Below are positions 35,942 to 47,915 of a stretch of DNA of 64,000 nucleotides, in pieces. How positions within the stretch are numbered: position 1 is the first letter of the stretch; the number at the start of each line of letters is the position of its first letter. The translations under genes were made by a program, and so were the position numbers. Under the pieces are notes generated by a model, which was given only the letters and a program-made list of their open reading frames with translations, ran no database searches and was not told where the DNA came from. Source of the stretch: Torpedo marmorata (taxonomy: Eukaryota); the NCBI GenBank assembly GCA_977017645.1, contig OZ360219.1, positions 233,058,001 through 233,122,000 on the forward strand, given 5' to 3'.

Positions 35942-38396
35942 GTGACACACAAAAGTCTGCAGATGCTGTGACTGTAGTAAAAACACAGAAATGCTGGAGG
36001 AATTCAGTAGGTGTTGCAGCGTCCATTGGAGGTAAAGACACATAACCGACATTTCGGGCCTGAGTCCTTCTTCAAGGTATAAATAAAAAATAAGCAGGCA
36101 TATGAACTAAAAGACAGGGAAGGGGGAGGAGTACAGACCCAACAGACAAAAGGTGTTAAGTGGATATGGAGAGGAGGCCAGGAGTGAGGAAAGGTGATAA
36201 TTGATTGGGGAGAAGGGGTGGTTTTGGCTCTGTGAATGCAGAGCTGGGGTAAAGGTTTGCGGGTGATCTCAGTCTGGCAGTGTATGAGACCATAGACAGA
36301 CATGTCAGCAAGGGAATGGGGCAGGGAATTGAAATGGGTGGCCACTGGGAGATCCCTTCTATTGCTGCGGACAGAGCCAATGTGCTCAATAAAGTGATCT
36401 CCCAGTCTGCGCCCAGACTCTCTGATGTAGAGGAGACCACAACGGGAGCTACGTTGACCAGTTCCTGAATTCACATGAGAAACAAGTTATGAATGTACTA
36501 TAAAAATCATGTTGAAACCCATATTATGAATTATTCAACTAAAAAGAATGATATAAAAAGAAAAAAAAAAGAACCAAACAAAAAAAACCTAAAAACTAAA
36601 TCTAATCTATCCCCTCCCTCTAATCAAGGTTACCTTTGTAAGAAAAAAGGAAAACAATTGATCAGATAGCGACCTCCAGACAGGAATGGAATTCTCACAA
36701 GGGTCAGAGTGTGAAGAGGTGCAGTTGAGATGGCTGTGAGAGTTGGTGGGTTTGTAGAAAATGTCTGTTGAGAGTTTGTCTCCCGAGATGGAGACAGAAA
36801 ATCGAGAAAGGGGAGAGTGTTGCCAGAGATGGATCAAGTGAATTTGAGGTCAGGGTGGAAGTTGGCAGCAAAGTGGATAAAGTTGATGAGCTCATCATGG
36901 GTGCATGAGACGGCACCAAAGTAGTCGTCAATGTAGCAGAGGAAGAGTTGAGAGGCCTTGACTGTGTCGGTTTGTAGCATGGAGTGCTCCACATAGTCAA
37001 CAAAAAGGCAAGCATAGCTGGGACCAATACGGATACCCAAGGCTACCCCTTTGACCTGGAGAAAGTGATCTGACTCAAAGGAGAAGTTATTGAGGGTGAG
37101 CACAAGTTCTGTCAGCCAGAGGAGGATGGTGGTGGATGGGGTAATGGTTGGGTCTATTGTCCAGAAAGAAACAAAAGGCTTTGAGGCCTTTGATATGGGG
37201 GGCATAACTTCTACAAACCCATCAGCTCCACAGCTACCTCAACTACACCATACCTTGCCCCCTGTAAGAATTCCATTCCTTTCTCTCAATTCCTCTGTCT
37301 CCATCGCATCTGCTCCCAGGACGACCTCTTCCATGCCAGATCATCGGAGATGTCCTCCCTCTCCCATCAACTCGGCCCACACTCCGACCCGCTCATCTGC
37401 CCTGGCCCACTCCCCTCCTCCCATTCGCAACAAGGACAGGATTTTCCTTGTCCTCACCTACCACCCCAACAGCCTTCGTATCCAACACATCATCGTCCAC
37501 CATTTTCACCACCTACTACGTGATCCCACCACCAGACACATCTTCCCTGCTCCTACCCTCTCTGCCCCGGACCGCTGCCTCCATGACTCCCTCGTCCACT
37601 CTTCTATTCCCACCAATTCACCCCTTGGCACCTACCCCTGTGACCGCAGGGGGTTCTCCACTTGTGCCTACACCTCCTCCCTCACTACCATTCGGGACCC
37701 CAAACAGTCTTTCCAAGTGAAGCAACACTTCACTTGTGAATCTGCAGGGGTCATCTATTGCATCCAGGGCTCCCGCTGTGATCTCGTCTACATCAAAGAG
37801 ACTGGACGCTGACTGGGAGATCACTTTGTTGAGCACCTCGGCTCTGTCTGCCGCAATCGTGGGGATCTCCCAGTGGCCACCCATTTCAATTTCCCACCCC
37901 ATTCACTTGCCAACATGTCTGTCCATGGTCTCATGCACTGCCAGACTGAGACCACCTGCAAATTGGAGGATCAACACCTCACATTCCGTCTGGGCATCCT
38001 CCAAGCAATGGCATTAACATCGACTTCTCTGGTTTCTGTTAGTCTCCACCACACTCCATCTATCCCTATGTCTCCTTTCCTCTAGCTCAGTCTCTCTCTC
38101 TCTTCCCTTTTCCCTCTGTCTCCTTTACCCAGTTCTGCATTCACAGCCAACCCCCTCCTCCCACCTCCCAATCAATTCTCACCTTTCCTCTCTCCTGGTC
38201 TTTTCTCCATATCCAATTGACACCTTTTGTCCGTTGGTCTGTACTCCTCCCCCTGCCCTTTCTTTTAGTTCAGACACCTGCCTGCTTTTTACTCATACTT
38301 TGAAGAAGGGCTCAGGTGCGAAACTTTGATTATATATCTTTACAACCTACGGACGCTGCAAGTCCTGCTGAGTTCCTCCAGCATTTCTGTGTTTTT
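35942..38396. mobile_element. Penelope-like element, inverted tail-out structure (minus arm 35942-37205, plus arm 37206-38396)
   Basis: RT (GVALGIRIGPSYACLF, YIDDYFG) and GIY-YIG (FTCESAGVIYCI...YIKETGR). TSD ACCAGAACA(T/A)GTAA at 35928-35941 and 38397-38410. Confidence 0.9.
36464..36680 (-). mobile_element. Tail-less L1 3'UTR fragment embedded in the Penelope minus arm
   Basis: Reverse complement matches 5965-6060 (TGTCTGGAGGTCGCTAT...GGTAACCTTGATTAGAGG). Confidence 0.78.
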
Positions 38397-38769
38397 ACCA
38401 GAACAAGTAAATCTGATAGTAAGTTGAAAAATCCCTTCAGATGTTTGGAAATCCATTCCCAGTTGGTCGCAATATAATGCAATATTTGAAGCGATGGTCC
38501 TAACTGTCATGGGATATCTACTCAATAAACTAAACGTCTTTGTCTGAGATCTCAGTTTTTCTACTAAATGAATTTGCATTTAAGATTGTGGTTAACAACG
38601 CTGTTAAAATATCATGGACAAGATTTAAAGACAAATGCATTGAGAATGACACTATTTCAGGAATAAACTCGTTCCTGTTTTAATTTAACAAAGATAGGGT
38701 TAAGTTTTGACCCATTATATTAATGAAGCAAATCCTCTCTAATTGTCTCTGTCATTCTCCATGGCCCAC

Positions 38770-38947
38770 TGTAATGATAGAGTGCTAGTGATAATCCTGA
38801 ACACTAGAGGGAGTTGGAGACGGGTTGTTGCAGTTAGGAGTAGATTCAAAATGGATGCATGCACGAGGTCATGAGTTCTGTAGCTAATAAAGTATAGTTG
38901 TTATAAAAGAACCCAAGTTCCTTTATTACAATAAAAGAAATATCACA
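38770..38947 (+). repeat. 5' LTR
   Basis: TGTAATG...TATCACA; direct repeat of 43087-43264. Confidence 0.93.
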
Positions 38948-38962
38948 TTGTACCAGGAGTGG
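38948..38962 (+). promoter_or_regulatory. Primer-binding site, tRNA-Leu(TAA)-like
   Basis: TTGTACCAGGAGTGG versus TGGTACCAGGAGTGG, the complement of the vertebrate tRNA-Leu(TAA) 3' end as recalled; directly after the LTR. Confidence 0.75.
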
Positions 38963-41900
38963 AAGAAACATCAGGAGTGTGCAGAGTGAGAATCTGTCGA
39001 TAGCAGCAGAAAACATGGAAGTGGAAAGGCTCCTGACGCTGTAAATTGGACTGGAAATGTCGACCATGAGTGGAGGCTGTTCAAACAACGGTTCACACTG
39101 TATCTGCAAGCCATTGGAATCTATAACAAACCGGATGCACGGAAGATGGCACTGCTACTTACTGTGGCGGGACCTCAAGCACAAGAGGTTTTCAACACAT
39201 TTGTTTTTGACGAGGCAGCTGACAAGGCTAAGATCGACAAGGTTATCGAGATGTTTAATGAACACTGTTCACCAAAGAAAAATGAAATGTTCGAGAGGTG
39301 TGTGTTATGTTCGCGCACGCAGCTGCAGGGAGAGATCTTTGATACTTTTTTAATGAACTTGAAATTAAAAGCAAGAACATGCAATTTTGGACCGCTGCAA
39401 GATTCAATGATCCGTGATCAAATTGTGTTCGGGATTATTGATAAGAAAATGAGAGAGAGGTTGCTGTGAGAGACAGAGCTTACCTTAGCTGGAGCTGTGA
39501 AGATATGCCACGCCAGTGAAATAGCTCTGCAGCACGCGAAAATGTTTGGTGATAGTGCAAAAGCCAGTGTAAATGAAGGCATAGCCATAGCCACAGTGTG
39601 TGTCCACACACATTAACAAAAACGAGATATAGGAAACAACAAAAAGGTGGAGAAACAATCAATTGCAAACGATGTGGCCCTCAACATGCACCAAAACGAT
39701 GCCCACCCTATGGAAAAGTCTGTAATAAGTGCAAAGGACAGAATCATTACGCAAAGCAATGTTTTTCCAAAGGGAAACAAAACAGAAGTGAAAGCGTGCA
39801 CACGATACACACTATAGAAGAAACTGCTCTCAGTGATGCACTCTTCGTTGGCATGGTAGTGCAGAAAGACTATAAACCAACAGACACTGAACAGCCAAGC
39901 GTGAACAGAGTCGAGCAGGATAAGTGGACTGTGTCATTGCATACAAATGGAACAAATATTCCTTTCAAGCTGGACACAGGGGCAAAGATCAATTTGATCT
40001 GTGAGCGCGATATCAGGGCAATGAAGATAAAGCCATACATCCATGCAAATCCTGTACAGCTCAAAGCCTACAATGGACAGAGCATCGACAGGAAAGGTAC
40101 ATGTAAACTCAAGGTGAAAGTTAAAGATAAAAAGCAGCACCTCAGTTTCACAGTAGTTACAGATGGACATGAATCACTGCTTGGTGACAAAGCAGGTGAA
40201 AATTTAAGCCTAGTCAAGAGGGTGTACCACATTAACAGCACCAATGCATGGAACAGCGTAGAGGAAATACTGGATCAATTTCCAGTCATCTTCAAGGGGT
40301 TTGGATTTCTACCATTCACCTAAAAGAAACAGTTAAAAGAGGACGCACAGCCAGTAGTGCATGCCCCAAGGCGGGTTCCAGCGCCACTAAAAGAAAAGCT
40401 CAAGCAAGAACTTGACCGAATGACGGCACTAGGGGTCATAAAGTAAGTGGAGGAGCCCACAGAATGGGTGAATTCAATGGTGTGTGTCAAAAAGAAGAAT
40501 GGTGACCTATGCATGTGCATGGACGCAAAAGACTTGAATCCCAATATAAAGAGAGAACATTATCAGATTCCAACCAGGGATGAAATTACAAATGTGATGG
40601 CCGGTACAAAGTTTTTCACTAAATTGGGCATCCCAGGGCTTCTGGCAAATAAAACTGCAAGAAGATAGCACAAAATACTGTACATTTAATACACCGTTTG
40701 GCCGATACTCCTGTATGAGGATGACTTTTGGAATTTCCTCAGCTCCGGAAGTGTTCCACAGGACAATGGAACACATCATAGAAGGCATAAATGGGGTACG
40801 TGTGTACATGGATGACATGATCCTATGGGGATCCACACAAGAACAACACAACGAGAGGCTCATCAAAGTGCTACAACATATCTAGAAGTATGGATTAAAG
40901 TTAAACAGAGAAAAATGTCAGTTTGGTGTGAAGGAAATCACCTTTCTGGGAGATAAACTGTCAGAGGCAGGTGTGGAGCCAGACAAGAGCAAGGTGAAAG
41001 ACATTTTAGAGATGTCCAGACCCACTGACAAAAAAGGCGCATTGAGAGTGCTGGGAATGATCAATTTCATTGGTAAATTCATACCAAACCTGTCTTCCAA
41101 AACAATGTACCTAAGGAAGTTTTTACAGGACAAATGTGAATTCAGGTGGACAGTCAACCACGAGGAAGAATGGGGACGACTGAAGACCAATCTAACTACA
41201 GAACCAGTGATTTTGACATTCTTTGATGCATCCAGAAGGGCAAAAATATCTACGAAAGCTTCAAAAGATGGAATAGATGCCGTACAACTTCAGGCTGTGG
41301 GAGAAGATTGGAGGCCAGTAGCATACGCATCAAGGACGATGATAATATCTGAATATCGATATGCACAGATCGAGAAAGAGTGTCTAGGTCTGGTCTATGA
41401 ACTCGAGAAATTCCACAGTTATGTGTATGGTCTACCAACATTCATGGCAGAGACTATCCACAAGCCATTAATAGCAATAATCAAGAAAAATCTCAGTGAA
41501 ATGTCGCCGCGAATCCAAAGACTGATGATGAAGCTACAATGTTATGACTTTGAATTGGTGTATCCACCAGGAAAACTTATTGTGTTAGCTGATGCGTTAT
41601 CCAGGGCAACGACGCAGAGTGAAGCACACAATGAGCGGTCCACAGAGACAGATGTGAATCTCCACGTGAACCTGATCACTGAATCTCTTCCTGTATCTGA
41701 CATGAAATCCAAGCAGATCACAGCTGAAACAGAAAAGGACACAGTTCTACAGAAGGTCATCAAGAATCTGAATGAAGGATGGCCGAGAGGTGAATGTCAG
41801 CCATACTACAACATCAGAGCTGTGCTGAGTGTTGTCAATGGGCTTCTACTCAGAAAGAGCAGAATTGTCATTCCCCAATCACTGAGACAAGAGATGCTGA

Positions 41901-43086
41901 AAAGGGTGCATGAGGGGCACCTTGGAATGGAAAAATGCAAGAGGAGGGCCAGAACTGCTGTTTATTGGCCAGGGATAAATGCTGACATTGACAGAATGGT
42001 TCAAGCTGTGAGACCTATTTGAAACATCACGCAAAGCAGACAAAGGAACCCATGATCACAACTGACTTACCAGCGGAACCATGGCAGAATGTTGGGACTG
42101 ATCTGTTCCACATGGATGGAAATAATTTCTTGCTGGTTATTGACTATCTATCGAACTATCCGGAGATTGCGCTGCTTCCTAACATGTCTGCTGTTTGTGT
42201 GATCAAATATATGAAATCGATCTTTGCAAGACATGGAATTCCTCAAATTGCCTCCAGTGACAATGGACCATTCTACATCTGTAGAGAATTCCAGAACTTT
42301 GCAGAAGAGTATGATTTTCAACATGTGACTTCAAGTCCTCTGTATCCACAGTCAAACGGTAAAGCAGAGAAAGGAGTTCACATAGTTAAACAGTTGCTCA
42401 AGAAAACACAGACCATGGCTCAGATCCTTATCTAGCTCTATTGAGTTACAAAGCTTCACCACTTGAACATGGCATGTCACCCGCTGAGCTTCTGATGGGA
42501 CATAGACTACGCACCACACTTCCCTACTCTGCAGACCCAAACAAGAACAGAGATGTCAAAGATGTCGAACGGAAACAAAAGCGTCTGCAATAGAGACAAA
42601 AAGCAAACTATGACAAGTCGGCAAGAAGCTTAGGGCCACTGGCACAACATGACACAGTGAGACTCAGAGATTCCAACACTTGGGACAAAAAGGCTACTGT
42701 TCTGGAGGAAGTAAATCCAAGATCCTACACTGTCAGAACAGAGGATGGTCAAATACTGAGGAGGAATCAAAAGAGCCTGCTGAAAACACAAGAGACACTG
42801 CAGGAACAGACAAATGCAGAGGATCCAGCCTGCACAGCAACAGAGGAAACACCACCAGTACTAGACAGTAGTGGACCAGCAGAGCCGACACAAGCACCTG
42901 TGTTATGAAGTTCCACACGTGTCATCAAAGCACCTGACAGACTGAATCTCTAAAAGAAAAAGAACTGCACACTTAAAAAGTTTGTGCTGCTGATGTTTGT
43001 GTTTACGTTTGTGTTGAACTTTAAATTGAAATGAATAAAGTATTAGTGTGTCATGTTGTTAGATTAAACATCTCAAGGAAAGGGGA

Positions 43087-43264
43087 TGCAATGATAGAGT
43101 GCTAGTGATAATCCTGACCATTACAGGGAGTCGGAGACGAGTTGCTGAAGCTCGGAGTAGATTCAAAATGGATGAATCCACGAGGTCGTGAGTACTGTAG
43201 ATAATAAAATATAGTTGTTATAAATGAACCCAAGTTTCTTTATTACAATAAAAGAAACATCACA
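43087..43264 (+). repeat. 3' LTR
   Basis: After PPT AAGGAAAGGGGA; TGCAATG...CATCACA. Confidence 0.93.
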
Positions 43265-43766
43265 GCCCACCTTACCTTTTATTGTACTTCGGAGTATAAT
43301 TTCCAACTACCACGTTCTGTGAATTCAGGAAGGATCAATTCCCTTCAGACCAGTATGTTGAACGGAACATTTCAGAAAATCAGATGGCTGATGTGCAATC
43401 CTCTTGGCAACAGGTGAACACCCTGGAAAATGCAATTCAGATCACTGATACCATAATTTAACTGTTTTTGTTTCTGTGCATAATGTGTTCATTAATTTTG
43501 CTCATTAATTAAAGAATGCAATTGTTTTATTTAAAACAATGCTTATATAAAACAGACGTATTAAGCAGTCATGATCATGTCGATTTATTAGAAATTAAGC
43601 CCTTAACTCTCTCTCTAATTAACATGTCTTAGAATCTGACTTCTTTTCAACCTTGTTCCTAAATGCTGTCTTGCGGAAATTCAGCTTTGATCTGTGCATG
43701 TTTCGTGTAATGTTACTGAAAAGATGTATCACCTTGCCATTCACAATCAGTATGTATGTTATCTCT

Positions 43767-43944
43767 AGTAAAAACACAAATGCTGGAGAAGCTCAGCAGG
43801 TCAGTGTCCTTTATGTAGCAAAGGTAGAAATACAATATACATAATCTACCTTTGCTACAAAAAGGACACTGTTTGACCTGCTGAGCTTCTCCAGCATTTG
43901 TGTTTTTACTTCAACTACGATGTCTACAGATTTTCATGATTTAC
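43767..43944. mobile_element. Penelope-derived hairpin insertion (178 bp)
   Basis: Inverted arms of about 60 bp around a 16-nt loop; perfect 14-bp TSD TGTATGTTATCTCT (43753-43766, 43945-43958). Confidence 0.88.
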
Positions 43945-44164
43945 TGTATGTTATCTCTGCTCTGTTACAGACTCAAATACTGATGAAAACATGTTTAGAG
44001 TCAGGGATGGTGTCTTGGGTGATGAATGTCTCTTTACTCTGATTCAAAAAAATAATTACCGGTATACATAAAACATACCTAAGGATTATTTCAAATATAT
44101 TCTCATTTATATAGGTTTGTGAGGGAGGATTTGACATAAAGTCAGTAATGAGGAGAGGCTATTT

Positions 44165-44182
44165 GTAAAAACACACAATGCT
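44165..44182 (-). mobile_element. 18-bp Penelope-terminus micro-insertion
   Basis: GTAAAAACACACAATGCT between 13-bp repeats GGAGAGGCTATTT (44152-44164, 44183-44195); matches 43768-43788. Confidence 0.65.
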
Positions 44183-44524
44183 GGAGAGGCTATTTAATGG
44201 ACACAGTTAAAAACAAAGCACATAAGGAATTTTCCTGAGGTCTTCATCATTATGTCAACCATGCCCAACAGTCCAAAGTAACACAAGAAGAAGAACAATT
44301 ACCTCAAGCCATTGGCTGAGTTTGTACTGCTCATAATTTCAACTTAATTCAGATTTACTTTTACTATTTATGAAGTTGAATTTGTAAACAGTCTGTAAAA
44401 ATATTTGGACAGTGCTGCTTTTTCTTTTAGTTCAAGCTGATGTTCAACAGCTTCATAGTTCAAGAATATGCAGAACTTGGAGGATCTCAAAATATTTAAA
44501 TTTCACTTATCCACTTTATTTATA

Positions 44525-46348
44525 GTGAAACTTGGTTGAATTGTGTACTAACAACAACCTCTCACTCAATGTCACCAAAACCAAGGAGTTAATTGTGGAG
44601 TTTAGGAGGGAAAACCTGAGGTGTACGATCCAGTGATCATTGGGGGATCAGAGGTGGAGAGGATGAGCAAATTTAAATTCCTGGGAATCACTCTCTCGGA
44701 GGACCTTTCCTGGACCAAACACACAAATGTCATCGTAAAGGAAGTATGTCAGCGCCTCTACTTTCTCAGGAGTTTGTGAAGATTGGGTATGACATCGGAA
44801 AGCTTACCAAACTTACACAGATGTGTAGTGCAAAGTGCGGTGACTGGCTGCATCACTGTCTGGTATGGGGAACCAATACTTCTGAGTGGAAAGCCCTTCA
44901 AAAGGTAGTGGACACAGCCCAGGACATCAAGGCAAAACTTTCCCCACCATCAAGAAAATCTACATAGAAAGCTGCCATCAGAGAGCAGCAGCAATCATCT
45001 TTTCTTTTAAAATATTTTTATTGAGTTTCAACAAATAAACATGTTTACAGAATAGTGATATCTGATCATGCCCCATTGATTTTATCTATGAATTTTTATG
45101 ATATCCCGTTCATAAAAAGACATTGGAGATTTAATACGACTCTCCTCGAAAATCAAGATTTCTTAAATTTTATGGAGAAGCTTTTTTGCTACTAATTCTT
45201 CTCCATTGATGTCTAATTTGATAGTTTGGGACACTATGAAAGCGTATTTAATAGGACAAATTATTTCATATCCTGCTAACATTAAGAAGAAGTCTAATAA
45301 GGAAAGATCTGATTTAATTGACCAGATCAAACAAATTGACATTCAATTTGCTCAAAATAAAAATCCGGATTTGTATAAGAGAAGAGTAGAGCTGAAAGCA
45401 AAATTTGATCTTCTATCTACCTATCCAATTGAACAACAATTGTTAAGAAGTAGAAGTCGCTTTTAAATTCATGGAGAAAAAACTAGTAAGTTACTAGCTG
45501 GACAATTATAAGGAATTTCTGCTAAAAAACAAATAAATTAAATTAGCATGAAAGATGAAAAAATGACAAAAGATTATCTTAAAATAAATGAGACCTTTAA
45601 GGAATTTTATTCTAACCTTTATAAATCAAAATTTTGTAATAATTATGACTTAATGTCAGAATTTTTGGAGCGATTGGATTTTCCGGTATTATCTCGGGAT
45701 GAATGTGCAAGCTTGGAGAAACCTATTTCTCAAGAGGATATAGCTGTAGCTATTTCCTCATTACAGCCTGGTAAATCTCCAGGGCCAGACGTATTTCCTG
45801 TAGAATTCTATAAATCTTTCTCTAAACAGCTTGTACCTCATCTGAGTGTGGTATTGGGTGAATCATTTAATGAGTGGAAGCTTCTCGCATCATTTAACAA
45901 GGTCAGTATTTCCTTAATTCTTAAAAAGGGTAAAGAATCAACTGAATTTGCATCTTATAGACCCATTTCATTACTCAATGTGGATATGAAGATTTTGTCC
46001 AAAGTATTAGCACACAAATTAGAAAATATTTTACCTTTAATTATCGATTCAGATCAGACTGGTTTTTATTAAAAATCATTAATATAATATTTATAGATTG
46101 TTGAATATTTTATATTTACCCTCTACTCCAGTGACAGAATGTGTTCTTTCATTAGATGCCAAAGTAGCAGCAATCATCAAGGATCAACACCACCCAGGAC
46201 ACGCTCTGTTCTTGCTGCTGCCATCAGGAAAGAGGTATAGGTGCCACAAGACACGCACCACCAGGTTCAGGAAAAGTTGTTACCCCTCCGCCACCAGACT
46301 CCTAAACAAAAACTCAATCAGAGACTCATTTAAGGACACATACTTTGC
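44525..46348 (+). mobile_element. Rex1-type fragment (44525-44999 plus 46163-46348) split by an inverted L1
   Basis: LNVTKTKE, FKFLG, LQKVVDTAQDI; resumes AAIIKDQHHPGHALF. Confidence 0.87.
45000..46162. mobile_element. 5'-inverted L1 (lineage B): about 47-bp tail on minus strand, then 1.1 kb of ORF2 on plus strand
   Basis: 45005-45045 is the reverse complement of 26016-26053; 45050-46162 parallels 21721-23720. TSD AG(C/T)AGCAGCAATCATC at 44984-44999 and 46163-46178. Confidence 0.9.
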
Positions 46349-47915
46349 ACCACTGATGTCAGGCTAACTGGTCTATAATTCCCTGTTTTATCTCTCCCTC
46401 CTTTCTTAAAAAGTGGGATAAAATTAGCTACCCTCCAATCAGCAGGAACTGATCCTGAATCTATAAAACATTGGAAAATGATTACCAATGCGTCAACGAT
46501 TTCTAGAGCCACCTCCTTAAGTACCCTGGGATGCAGACTATCAGGCCCTGGGGATTTATCAGCCTTCAGTCCCATTAGTCTACCCAACATAATTTTCTGC
46601 CTAATGTAAATTTTCTTCAGTTCCTCCGTTACCCGAGGTCCTCTGTCCACTTTTACATCTGGGAGGTTGTTTGTGTCTTTCCTAGTGAAGACAGATCCAA
46701 AGTACCTGTTCAACTCTTCTGCCATTTCCTTGTTCCCCATAATAATTTCATCCGTTTCTGTCTTCAAGGGCCCAACTTTGATCTTAACTATTTTTTTCTT
46801 CTTCACATACCTAAAGAAGCTTTTACAATCCTCCTTTATATTCTTGGCTAGCTTACCTTCGTACCTCATCTTTTCTCCCCATATTGCCTTTTTAGTTATC
46901 TTCTGTTGCTCTTTAAAAGTTTCCTAATCCTCTGGCTTCTTGCTCATCCTTGCTGTGTTATACTTCTCTTTTATTTTTATACTGTCCTTGACTTCCCTTG
47001 TCAGCCACGGTCGCCCCTTACTCCCCTTAGAATCTTTCTTCCTCTTTGGAATGAACTGATCCTGCACCTTCTGTATTATTCCCAGAAATACCTGCCATTT
47101 TTGTTCCACTGTCATCCCTGCTAGGGTATCTTTCCAGTCAACTTTGGCCAGCTCCTCCCTCATGGCTCCATAGTCCCATTTGTTCAACTGTAATATTGGC
47201 ACTTCTGATTTTCCCTTCTCCCTCTCAAATTGTGGATTAAAACTTATCATATTATGGTCACTACCTCCTAATGGCTCCTTTACCTTGAGTTCCCTTATCA
47301 AATCCGGTTCATTACACAACACTAAATCCAGAATTGCCTTCTCCCTGGTAGGCTCTATTACAAGCTGCTCTAAGAATCCATCTCTGAGGCACTCCACAAA
47401 CTCCCTTTCTTGGGGTCCAGTACCAACCTGATTTTTCCAGCCTACTTGCATGTTGAAATCCCCCATAACAACCGTAGCATTACCTTTGTGACATGCCAAT
47501 TTTAACTCTTGATTCAACTTGCACCCTATATCCAGGCTACTGTTTGGGGGCCTGTAGATAACTCCCATTTGGGTCTTTTTGCACTTACAATTTCTCAGTT
47601 CTATCCATACTGACTCTACATTTCCTGATTCTATGTCACCCCTCGCAAGGGACTGAATTTCATTCTTCACCAACAGAGCCACCCCACCCTATCTGCCCAC
47701 CTGTCTGTCCTTTCGATAGGACGTATAACCTTGAATATTCATTTCCCTGCCCTAGTCCTCTTGCAGCCATGTCTCTGTTATTCCTACAACATCATACTTG
47801 CCAATTTCCAACTGAGCCTCAAGCTCATCCACTTTATTTCTTATACTTCGTGCATTCATATATAATACTTTTAATCCATTATTCCCCTCCCCTTTCACAT
47901 CGATTCCTATTGCAA
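46349..47915 (-). mobile_element. CR1 ORF2 5' part (endonuclease to start of RT), 3' end lost
   Basis: GVIYRPP, VMGDFN, LDLVL, GGSDH, KSPGPD..HPRVLKE, GNYRPVSLTSVV. Confidence 0.92.

Larger units (their letters stand above)
38770..43264 (+). mobile_element. Full-length, decayed Mag-like Gypsy LTR retrotransposon
   Basis: 178-bp LTRs; 6-bp TSD GCCCAC (38764-38769, 43265-43270); gag with zinc knuckles, protease KLDTGA, RT YMDD at about 40805, RNase H YAQIEKE, integrase, PPT. Confidence 0.95.
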
